Assembly (NCBI GenBank): GCA_013177895.1
Contig: JABLXV010000008.1
Span: forward strand, 18,205-82,204
Direction: 5' to 3'
Source of the DNA: Brevinematales bacterium
Lineage (GTDB): Bacteria; Spirochaetota; Brevinematia; Brevinematales; GWF1-51-8
Length of the DNA: 64,000 bases
Below the pieces are notes generated by a model that did not search any database, was not told the DNA's origin, and saw only the letters and a list, made by a program, of their open reading frames with translations. The position numbers and the translations under genes are program-made. The first letter of the stretch is position 1, and every line of letters begins with the position of its first letter. This document shows positions 35,631 to 43,417 of the stretch, piece by piece.

Positions 35631-36452
35631 TTACTTCGCTTCCGCCTTCCCCGCGCCCCTGACGCTGACCATGCTGATCAGGATTACTCCCGCCAATGTC
35701 CCCGCCGCCCCGATCCATTGGAATGCGTTCATCGTCTCGCTGAAGCATACCACTCCCCCGATAATCGGCACCACGATTGCGCTGGCCGCGAACGCCGGCA
35801 GGATGTGGATGGCCTTCCCCTTCCCGTAGGCTAACTGTAATACCCCGAACGAGATCAGGCTGAGCGCGACCCAGACGTAGAAGAACGGGTTCTCGAACAT
35901 GGTGGCCGCGCCGACCGTATTGGAGGTGGTCACTTTCTGGAACAGTGTGACAAATCCGCCGATTCCGCCCGCGAGGCTCCCGATCAGTATCCCGACGATG
36001 GCCGTTTTATTGCGGAATATGAGACTCATCATCGTGAGAGCGCCCGCAAGCGCGCCGCAGTAGATATAGAGGCGCGTGAAGTCGATCACCGACTCCTTGC
36101 CCGCGCCGCCGGAGAACGCGCCGATCAGTATCGACGATGCGAGTATAATGCCGACCCCGATAAATTCGCCCGGACCGCTTTTTTCCTTCATAACGAATAT
36201 AGAGAATAATGTTAGCGCCGCGAGCCCTGTTCCGAACATCGCGCCGACCAGGGACGCCCCGCCGAGCGAGGTCGCGTGCTGGAGGAGCATGGTCGCCCCG
36301 AACATCATCGGCAGTCCCAACCCCCAGACGACCCACTTCAGGACGGGTTTTTCCTTTGGGAACGACAGCCCCCATTTCTGGAAGCCCTGCCCGAGATTGA
36401 GAAGCGAACTTCCCCCGAACGCGATCAGCACCGACCAGAATTGATTACTCAT
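35631..36452 (-). CDS. polytopic membrane protein, DMT superfamily / NIPA-like (possible Mg2+ transporter family)
   Basis: It has about 9 hydrophobic helices. The N-terminus SVLIAFGGSSLLNLGQGFQKWGL resembles the NIPA/DUF803 start. Confidence 0.5.
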   Translation of the reverse strand: MSNQFWSVLIAFGGSSLLNLGQGFQKWGLSFPKEKPVLKWVVWGLGLPMMFGATMLLQHATSLGGASLVGAMFGTGLAALTLFSIFVMKEKSGPGEFIGVGIILASSILIGAFSGGAGKESVIDFTRLYIYCGALAGALTMMSLIFRNKTAIVGILIGSLAGGIGGFVTLFQKVTTSNTVGAATMFENPFFYVWVALSLISFGVLQLAYGKGKAIHILPAFAASAIVVPIIGGVVCFSETMNAFQWIGAAGTLAGVILISMVSVRGAGKAEAK

Positions 36453-36536
36453 ATTTTACCTCGATATTTTTTATCATAGGGTGTTAACTATTTGGAAAAT
36501 TATTATCAAAGAATATTGGATATTAATAAAAAATAG

Positions 36537-37202
36537 TTATTTTTTAGTGTTTTTTGAATCAGGTTTACTTTGTTCTTTGTATTCAATGACTTCAATGCTG
36601 ATAATTGACTTTTTTGGAATATAAACAAAAGGTAAAAATCTTGATTTTAATGGGGTTGCTAGATGATCGGTTAATAAAACATTCGAAAGATATAATTGGT
36701 AATCTTTATCGTCATGGTCATAAAAGTATTCTTTTAATAAACCAAAATACGCTTGATTGTTTTCAATCTTTACTAATACCCAATATTTCCCCTCAATATC
36801 TTCCACCATTTTATTTAATAAACTGATAGGATTTGTAAATAAAGCCCGAAAAATCCTTGGAAAAAGTTTTTCACTACCTCCAATATTTCGAAAAATTCGA
36901 TTTTTTATATAATGAAGAAATCTTAAAAACTGACCATAGCAGAATGAAAAAAGGAATAGAATAAAAATAAATATTGGGTCAATAGTTTTTAAATGTTGAA
37001 ATGTTAAGTATTTTGAGTCAAATATACCAAAAATTAATGTTACTAAAGCTATCAAAACTAAACTATTAAATAAAACATATCCTAAATATTGATACTGTTC
37101 TTTTTTTTTATTTGGATATTTTGAATAATATATTGATGAAGAAATAAAACCTGGCAGAAAATAAATAATATACAGACCTATTTCTTTTAAATCTATTTGC
37201 AT
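36537..37202 (-). CDS. hypothetical membrane protein (3-4 N-terminal TM helices plus soluble C-terminal domain), AT-rich islet gene
   Basis: It is a 221-aa ORF in very AT-rich DNA (14 G+C in the 60-nt line at 36901). The N-terminus is IGLYIIYFLPGFISSSIYY.., vaguely like DUF6338-type proteins as I recall them. The C-terminus (..KYWVLVKIENNQAYFGLLKEYFYD..) is unassigned. Confidence 0.55.
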   Translation of the reverse strand: MQIDLKEIGLYIIYFLPGFISSSIYYSKYPNKKKEQYQYLGYVLFNSLVLIALVTLIFGIFDSKYLTFQHLKTIDPIFIFILFLFSFCYGQFLRFLHYIKNRIFRNIGGSEKLFPRIFRALFTNPISLLNKMVEDIEGKYWVLVKIENNQAYFGLLKEYFYDHDDKDYQLYLSNVLLTDHLATPLKSRFLPFVYIPKKSIISIEVIEYKEQSKPDSKNTKK

Positions 37203-37210
37203 TTTATTTT

Positions 37211-37399
37211 CTATTCATTATTTTGAGAACTTTTTAAAGCCTCAAGTTTTTGAGGAGAAATAGGTGCATAATTAACCATCTGATCATATATACTTTTATC
37301 TGTAGAAGGAGCTGCAGAAACAACTGTTGCTACAGTTATAACAGTTTGCTGGTCTACGCCTTCTTTTAAGATTCGTGTTACGAAGTTTTTTACAGCCAT
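37211..37399 (-). CDS. hypothetical 62-aa protein, first gene of the AT-rich islet
   Basis: RBS aggagg lies 5-10 nt upstream. It ends 8 nt before the 221-aa ORF. I recognise no motif. Confidence 0.45.
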   Translation of the reverse strand: MAVKNFVTRILKEGVDQQTVITVATVVSAAPSTDKSIYDQMVNYAPISPQKLEALKSSQNNE

Positions 37400-37419
37400 T
37401 TCTTCCTCCTAGTAATAAT

Positions 37420-37448
37420 AATTTAACATAAAAATCATTATGTGTCAA
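37420..37448 (-). promoter_or_regulatory. sigma70 promoter of the AT-rich islet
   Basis: The minus strand reads TTGACA, 17 nt, TAAATT. A second TTGACA lies 12 nt further upstream. Confidence 0.5.
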
Positions 37449-37512
37449 TACAAATGTCAATGTATATTATATAAGTCCATTAATAGCATTATGTTCTTTG
37501 CTATAAAATAGG

Positions 37513-38238
37513 TTATTCCGCCAGCCGGAACACAACCGTCTTCACCATCTTGACGCCCGTCGTCAGTCCTTCCATATTCGTATATAGCCCGGCGTCCGCG
37601 CCCGACGGACTGCTGTGCCCGGCCATCACGAGCGTCGCCCAGTTCGTCCCGTCGGCGGGGGTGATGATCGCTTTATACACTATCGACGGCTGGCCTCCGT
37701 CCCCGCCCGCCCCGGAATAATACGGGCTATCCTTGGGGAGTCCGTCCTTGTAGGTATCGTTGAAGTCGAGGGAGTTGTTGAACTCCGCGAGCACCGCGAA
37801 CGATTCCAACGGTTTGGTAGCGACGCTCTTGAGGACGAAGCTCCCCTCCGGGGACGCCGAGGTTACCGTGTCGGGCATCGGGGTATATTTCGTGGGGGCA
37901 TAGGGGGCTTTCGCGCCGCCGCCCGCCATTTTGAATCCCCAGTACGGGACACTCGACACGCGGGTCGCCGCGCCGAACCATGTCCCTTTACCGTATTTCG
38001 CGGTGACATACAGGGTTTCCACCATATTGCCGTCCAAATCCTCGATCCATACCGCGATCTGGGGCGTGGTGCTGATCACCCCCATCATCATATGATTCCA
38101 TTCCGAGCCCTTTTCGACACTCAGCACGACCTTCTTTCCCGCCGCGCCGGATTTTGTCTCGATCAGCGACACTTTATCCGACGAGCAGGATACCGCCGCC
38201 ATCAGGAAAAGGCCCAATATGAATATGCGAGTTTTCAT
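37513..38238 (-). CDS. lipoprotein of unknown function (AVWIED motif, DUF2271-like by recollection)
   Basis: The lipobox is LMAAVSCSS. The segment PQIAVWIEDLDGNMVETLYVT is present. Confidence 0.55.
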   Translation of the reverse strand: MKTRIFILGLFLMAAVSCSSDKVSLIETKSGAAGKKVVLSVEKGSEWNHMMMGVISTTPQIAVWIEDLDGNMVETLYVTAKYGKGTWFGAATRVSSVPYWGFKMAGGGAKAPYAPTKYTPMPDTVTSASPEGSFVLKSVATKPLESFAVLAEFNNSLDFNDTYKDGLPKDSPYYSGAGGDGGQPSIVYKAIITPADGTNWATLVMAGHSSPSGADAGLYTNMEGLTTGVKMVKTVVFRLAE

Positions 38239-38252
38239 CTATTTCTCCTTCG

Positions 38253-39131
38253 CTATTTATGTATCTTTTCGGAAACTGTAACCCGGAGATCGTTGCCGCC
38301 CGGGCAGGTCAGCAGGAATGTCCGGGTGCGGGTGAAATTTTCCCCGAACTCGAACGGCAGCGCGTCATCTCCGCCGGGGGATCGGATAACGCAGAAAAAT
38401 CCGCCGGGCCGCAGGACCCGTTCGAGCTCGGTGAAGTTTCGGACTACTTCGTCGAGATAGGTCGCCTCGTCGCGGAATCCCGACTTCCATTCCGGCCATA
38501 ACAGCGTCAGCGCGTCGAAACCGTCCCCGTCGGCGCGGGTTCGCGCCATATACGGGAACAGGATCATATCCGCCGAGATCAGCCCGATTTCGGTGACATG
38601 CGCGTAATGCTGGAAATCCGGCGATACCTGTGCGTCCTGGTATGCGTGGTCGAGAATCCCCGCGTTCTTATCGCAGACGGCGCGGAATTTCCCGATAGAG
38701 CCGGATTCCATCGCCTCGCTCGCGCAGACCCTGAAAAAGTTCGCGATACCCCCGTCGGTGATCGTATCGATAGAGCGTTTCAATTCCATAGGGGAGACCG
38801 CATGCTCCGGGAAACGCGCCAGTTCCGCGCGGAGGATATCCCCCGTTAGCGGGTTCAGCCGGACTCGCGCGATCAGCTCCTCGAGAGGATTGCCCCCGAT
38901 ACCGCAGGCCGAGCGTCCGAGGAAAACAGCCTCCGCGAGCGCCGCGCCGCATCCCATATTCGGGTCGAGCACGAGCTCGCCGGGGTCGCTGTAACGCTCG
39001 ATCAGGTATGCGGCGGCCGCGCTGTCGACATCCTCGCCGCATGGGTGTATCCCGCGCAGGAGCGCCGCCCCGGTATCGGGACGTTTTTCCAGCGCGATCG
39101 TTTTTACGGTTCTATTGTCAGCAAGTTTCAT
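38253..39131 (-). CDS. SAM-dependent methyltransferase-like protein, permuted N6/N4-MTase architecture with degenerate motif IV
   Basis: SAM motif I is in its typical context: HPCGEDVD..LIERYSDPGELVLDPNMGCGAALAEAVFLGRSACGIGGNP. Later come ADMILFPYM, where (D/N/S)PPY is expected, and the ERVLRPGGFFCVI motif. Confidence 0.55.
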   Translation of the reverse strand: MKLADNRTVKTIALEKRPDTGAALLRGIHPCGEDVDSAAAAYLIERYSDPGELVLDPNMGCGAALAEAVFLGRSACGIGGNPLEELIARVRLNPLTGDILRAELARFPEHAVSPMELKRSIDTITDGGIANFFRVCASEAMESGSIGKFRAVCDKNAGILDHAYQDAQVSPDFQHYAHVTEIGLISADMILFPYMARTRADGDGFDALTLLWPEWKSGFRDEATYLDEVVRNFTELERVLRPGGFFCVIRSPGGDDALPFEFGENFTRTRTFLLTCPGGNDLRVTVSEKIHK

Positions 39132-39216
39132 CGGACGGTTCCAATAAAATCTCTGTATTCAAGAAATATTCCTATATGATAAAATACACCCTGATAACGC
39201 AATATTGATGATTAAC

Positions 39217-39350
39217 CTGTTTTGTCATTGCTTCCCGAATCCTAAGGATTCGGGAAGCAATCTATTCCATAATTTCATAAACGTCTTTATAGACTGCTTC
39301 ACCCCGCGCATCGAAATGATATTGCAGCGCGGAGTTCGCAGTGACGGAAA
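39217..39350 (-). mobile_element. MITE-like repeat, copy D (inverted orientation, variant internal hairpins)
   Basis: The reverse complement reads tttccgtcactgcga..gaagcagtctat..atagattgcttc..gcaatgacaaaacag. This is the same framework as copies A-C with different inserted stems. Confidence 0.6.
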
Positions 39351-39388
39351 TACCGGGAAATGCTCATTTGTTCAATAGTCAGTCCCCG

Positions 39389-40852
39389 TTAGAAATTGAA
39401 CACCCACCATTCGTCGCACCCGGCGCATAACGGGGGCTTTCCGTAGTCGCCGCCCCACTGCGCGAGGTAAGCCGCGTTCATTTTCTCCCAGCACGCCTCG
39501 ATTCCGCCGTCGAGGATATTCCCCATCGGGTTGGCATGGCTGAAATCCTCGCGGCAGAGCTGGACTCTACCGTCCGCGCGGATAAACATATCGTGCTTGA
39601 GATGCAGACATGGGTGTCGCTCGATAGGCGAGAGGTCGACCACCCGCAGGCTGTCGAGGGTGCCGCCGAAGGTGTCGGGCTTGCGGACGATAATCCGGTC
39701 GCCGTAGTCCTTCCACACGTCGTAGAAGCGCATGAGGTCTTTTTCGTTATCGGCGGTACGGGTGAACTGCGGGTAGATACGCGTCCTGGGTTCGAGGGCT
39801 TTTATCGAGTCGGTTAATTTTTGGTAATCGGGCGGGGGAAGGAGCGGATCGCGGGGCTTCTTCCGCGCGGCGAACCCCGATGGGTCGGACGCGCTGATGT
39901 CGAAAATGACCTCCGTGTTGGGGAGCGCGAGCGCCTGAGCGGCGGGCGCGAAATTGGTCAGTATCCCCCGGCTTTCGAACAGGAAGCGCATTCCCGGGAA
40001 CCCGCGCAGGATTTCGACAATTTCGCCGAACGCGCTATGCAGGAACGGTTCGCCGTAGAGGCCGAACACGACTACCGGGGAATGCGAAAATCCCCCGATG
40101 GAAGTCAGTACTTTTTTTAAATCGGCGGGTGTCATTTCGCCGCCGTCCGCGCCGTCGGGGAAGAACGCGGTCTCGCGTTCGCCGGTCAGCTCTATCTCGA
40201 AATAAGTGGGGCGTTTCCGTATCAGCCCGGGGTTCCGCGCTATGAGCGCTTCGAGCGCGGCGATATCCATCCCGGCGCCGTGCTTTTCGACAATCTCCCT
40301 TGTAATGAGGTAATCGTTGAGGTTATCCGGGATAAAATGCACCCGGTATTTGATGAGTTTCGAGGGGTTGATGAAGATATTGGTATCGTAGGAACTGACG
40401 TCGCTCTCGAACAACTCCCGGAAATTGGAACGCGGCAAGGGGGCGTTCGCGGGGATTGTTTCGCGGATGAAGCGCGCGACGTCGGCGGACAGCACCTCGG
40501 GAAGGAGGCCCTGCGGCAGGTTCTCCGGGTAGGTGTAGTCGAACGCGAGCTTGCGGTGCTCGTCGAGCATCTCCGCGAGCGACTTGACGTCGAGAAGCGG
40601 GGAGTACGCGTTGAGGAGAAGCACCTCCGTCTTGGGGAACTCTTTCGTGAGGAAATCGAGGAAATCGCGAGCCGTCCCGAACCCGATGTTTTTTACACCG
40701 TCGGCCTTCTTATCCGACAGGAAATAGATGTCGCCGGTGAATTTTTTCAGTTTATCGACGGTGGCCTTTAAAAAGGAATCCACCGGTGACGAATCCGGAA
40801 TATTCTTGTTATCGAAAAGTACGGCGGCGGTTTTCATATCGCTTCTCTCCAC
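39389..40852 (-). CDS. spiro-SPASM-like protein (radical-SAM-fold remnant without the CxxxCxxC motif, plus C-terminal SPASM domain)
   Basis: All five Cys lie in the last ~75 aa (HPCLHLKHDMFIRADGRVQLC...EAC...PLCAGCDEW), a SPASM-like pattern. The position where radical SAM enzymes carry CxxxCxxC reads YFEIELTGERETAFF. The N-terminal ~200 aa looks nucleotidyltransferase-like. Confidence 0.55.
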   Translation of the reverse strand: MERSDMKTAAVLFDNKNIPDSSPVDSFLKATVDKLKKFTGDIYFLSDKKADGVKNIGFGTARDFLDFLTKEFPKTEVLLLNAYSPLLDVKSLAEMLDEHRKLAFDYTYPENLPQGLLPEVLSADVARFIRETIPANAPLPRSNFRELFESDVSSYDTNIFINPSKLIKYRVHFIPDNLNDYLITREIVEKHGAGMDIAALEALIARNPGLIRKRPTYFEIELTGERETAFFPDGADGGEMTPADLKKVLTSIGGFSHSPVVVFGLYGEPFLHSAFGEIVEILRGFPGMRFLFESRGILTNFAPAAQALALPNTEVIFDISASDPSGFAARKKPRDPLLPPPDYQKLTDSIKALEPRTRIYPQFTRTADNEKDLMRFYDVWKDYGDRIIVRKPDTFGGTLDSLRVVDLSPIERHPCLHLKHDMFIRADGRVQLCREDFSHANPMGNILDGGIEACWEKMNAAYLAQWGGDYGKPPLCAGCDEWWVFNF

Positions 40853-40908
40853 GGACGATTTATTCTCAGCGGATTAGTTTAGCATTAATAAGACGAAATC
40901 GCAAAAGT

Positions 40909-42510
40909 TCATGGAATTCCTTTAACCGCGAGGAAATCCGCGACGTCGTAATGGAAGTTATCGAGCGCGATCTGCATGAGCGTCCTGCCCGATGCGTCCT
41001 TATATAACGTGTCCGCGCCCGATAGCGCCAGGTATTCCACCATCGTAAGATTCCCGAACTCGACCGCAATCTCCAGCGCGGTTTCGCCGAGCTTGGTCTT
41101 GTCGTTCAGCGTCGCGCCGTGCGATACAAGGAAATTCGCCATCGCGATATTTCCCTTGAACGCCGCGCAGTGCAGGGGAGTCCATTTCCCGAAGTCCGAC
41201 GCGTTGACGTCCGCGCCCCGTTCGAGCAGGTATTCCGCCATCTCCAAATCTCCCGCGATAGCCGCCTTGTGCAGGAGGGTATGTCCCCACGAGTCCTGCT
41301 CCGCGATAGACGCGCCGGATTTGAGCAGAGCGTCTACTATGTCGAGATGCCCGAACGCCCCGGCGATCATAAGCGGCGACCATCCGTACTTGTTCTTGGT
41401 ATTCATCTTTGCGCCGTGGGCGAGCAGGAAAAGTACCGTAGCGGTATGCCCGCGTTTCGCGGCGAGGTAGAGCGGGGTATCCCCGCGCATATTCAAATCG
41501 TTGACCTTGCACCCCTTCGACAGGAGAAACTCCGTCATCGCGGTCTGTCCCCATGCGGCGGCATGGTGCAGGGCGGTATGTCCGCTCCCGTCCTTAATCA
41601 GGTATATGTTCTTCTTCGCGTCGAGAAGCATCCCGGCGATGGGGATATTCCCCACCGCGGCGGCTATATGAAACGGGGTTTCGCCGTCGGCGTTCTTGTC
41701 GTCCGGCTTCGCGCCCTTCGATAGCAGGAACCGCGCCGATTGAAGGTCTCCCGCGAGACATGCGAGATGGAGCGGGGTTGCCTTGGACGCGTTCTTCGGC
41801 GCGGGCTTGGCCTTCGCGTCGAGCAGGAGTTTCACGATATCGGGATGCCCCTTGGCGGCGGCGAAATGAAGCGGGGTATCGCCGTTAGTGGTCGCGGCGT
41901 TCACATCGGCGCCGTGGCCGATCAGGAGCGACGCCGTAGCGGGATCCCCGTTATCGCACGCGAAATGCAGGGGCGTGAGTTTCTGGGAGTTGTTTTCCTT
42001 TGCCGCCGCGCCGGATTTTAACAGTTCCCCGGCAGCGATCGAATGCCCGCCCCATGCCGCCATCATCAGCGGCGAGAAGCCGGTCATTCCCTTCTGCCAT
42101 ACCGGGGATTGTCCGCGGTCGAGCAGGAGCCGCACGGTCGCAAGGTCTCCGTTATAGCACGCGAGCTGGAACGGGGTATAACGCTGCGAACCATCCGCCC
42201 CTCCGGCAGTCTGCGCGAGCGATGCGCCGTGGTCGAGCAGGTACTGTGCCGCTCCGCTCTGTCCGTTGAGGACGGCGATATGCAGGGGGGACGCGTCGAG
42301 AAGAGTGATATTCCTGTATTGGTAGTAACTGGTGGTATGAACGAGGAGGGGCTCTTCGGAGACGATTTCCTTGAGTCCGGCGATATCGCCTTCGACGCTC
42401 GCGATCAGGATATCGATCTCAGGGTGCGGGATTTCGGGACGGGTCTGGTTGCCGCAGGATGCGGCGGATAGGAACAGGAGCGCCGAAATGGCAAGCCGCC
42501 GGATATTCAC
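40909..42510 (-). CDS. ankyrin-repeat lipoprotein (about 14-15 ANK repeats, GC-rich)
   Basis: The lipobox is LFLSAASCGN. The repeats follow TPLH.AA..GH..IV.LLL..GA..N. Its start abuts the dCMP deaminase stop. Confidence 0.85.
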   Translation of the reverse strand: MNIRRLAISALLFLSAASCGNQTRPEIPHPEIDILIASVEGDIAGLKEIVSEEPLLVHTTSYYQYRNITLLDASPLHIAVLNGQSGAAQYLLDHGASLAQTAGGADGSQRYTPFQLACYNGDLATVRLLLDRGQSPVWQKGMTGFSPLMMAAWGGHSIAAGELLKSGAAAKENNSQKLTPLHFACDNGDPATASLLIGHGADVNAATTNGDTPLHFAAAKGHPDIVKLLLDAKAKPAPKNASKATPLHLACLAGDLQSARFLLSKGAKPDDKNADGETPFHIAAAVGNIPIAGMLLDAKKNIYLIKDGSGHTALHHAAAWGQTAMTEFLLSKGCKVNDLNMRGDTPLYLAAKRGHTATVLFLLAHGAKMNTKNKYGWSPLMIAGAFGHLDIVDALLKSGASIAEQDSWGHTLLHKAAIAGDLEMAEYLLERGADVNASDFGKWTPLHCAAFKGNIAMANFLVSHGATLNDKTKLGETALEIAVEFGNLTMVEYLALSGADTLYKDASGRTLMQIALDNFHYDVADFLAVKGIP

Positions 42511-42933
42511 CTATGCCTCCGGCCCGGTCCATTTGACGACTTCCACCCCGCATTTGCGGAGAATATCGATGGGTTCGGCGATACGGTATTCCTCGCCGTA
42601 CACCACCCGTTTGACGCCCGACATGATGATAAACTTACTGCAATCGAAGCACGGGGATTGGGTGACATAGAGAGTCGCGCCGTCGATACTCACGGTCGAA
42701 CGGGCGGCTTTCGCGATAGCGTTCGCCTCGGCGTGCATGACGGTGGGGAGCGTGTCCCCTTCGATATCCTCGCAGGAGTTCGTCAGCCCCGGCAGGTTGC
42801 CGTTAAAGCCGAACGAGACGATATTGCCGTCCTTGACGACGATCGCCCCGACCTGCAGGCGTTTGCAGTAGCTGAGCTGTGCGGTCTCTTTCGCGATCTG
42901 CATATAGAAATTATCGGACTTGCTCTGATCCAT
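42511..42933 (-). CDS. dCMP deaminase / ComEB-type cytidine-deoxycytidylate deaminase
   Basis: The zinc motifs HAEANAI and PCFDCSK are present. The protein is 140 aa. Confidence 0.85.
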   Translation of the reverse strand: MDQSKSDNFYMQIAKETAQLSYCKRLQVGAIVVKDGNIVSFGFNGNLPGLTNSCEDIEGDTLPTVMHAEANAIAKAARSTVSIDGATLYVTQSPCFDCSKFIIMSGVKRVVYGEEYRIAEPIDILRKCGVEVVKWTGPEA

Positions 42934-43302
42934 ACTTGCTCCGTGTGATTCGGTGCATTATTTTAACGCGCCCGCCGATAAAACGCAACCCCTTGAAGGG
43001 GGACTAAACCCGGTATAAAAGTGGTTTCCGGTAGCCTCGATACATCCCGCGCTTCACGCGGGACTCCTCGCATCCTGCGAGTCGCACACTAAATTTCTTT
43101 GCCTCTTTCTTTTCCCTGTTTTTACATTTTGTCGTTTTCCCCGCGCTTTAAAGCGCTTCTTACTTCCGGGGAAACCGACAAAGGGCGTTTGTTCGACGCA
43201 GAACTCGTTTGGTTTTTTCGAGGGGTAATCGTGCGAGTTACGCCCGACTCGGATTCCCCGGCTCTTCTCCTAAGCTTTATCCGGCGGGGCAGGCTTTCTT
43301 TG

Positions 43303-43336
43303 GATACTTTCTTTCCCCTGCCGGAAAGAAAGTATC
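43303..43336. repeat. perfect 14-bp inverted repeat with 6-nt loop
   Basis: gatactttctttcc-cctgcc-ggaaagaaagtatc. No U-run follows on either strand. Confidence 0.7.
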
Positions 43337-43417
43337 ATACTCCCCGACGAACTCCTTCGGGAAATTGAACTTCATATTATTGGTGGGATGATGCGGTGAA
43401 GCGGTGTTTCAGTAAAA

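Noticed and set aside
36453-37512. Prophage or integrative element interpretation of the AT-rich islet
   Set aside because: There are no integrase, transposase, recombinase or phage structural genes. The border similarity (15-16 nt AT-rich strings) is too weak to call att sites. It is kept only as a compositional islet.
43099-43368. 89-aa ORF in the long intergenic gap
   Set aside because: It has no RBS. The start context is poor, the translation runs through palindromic repeats, and the composition is unlike neighbouring genes.
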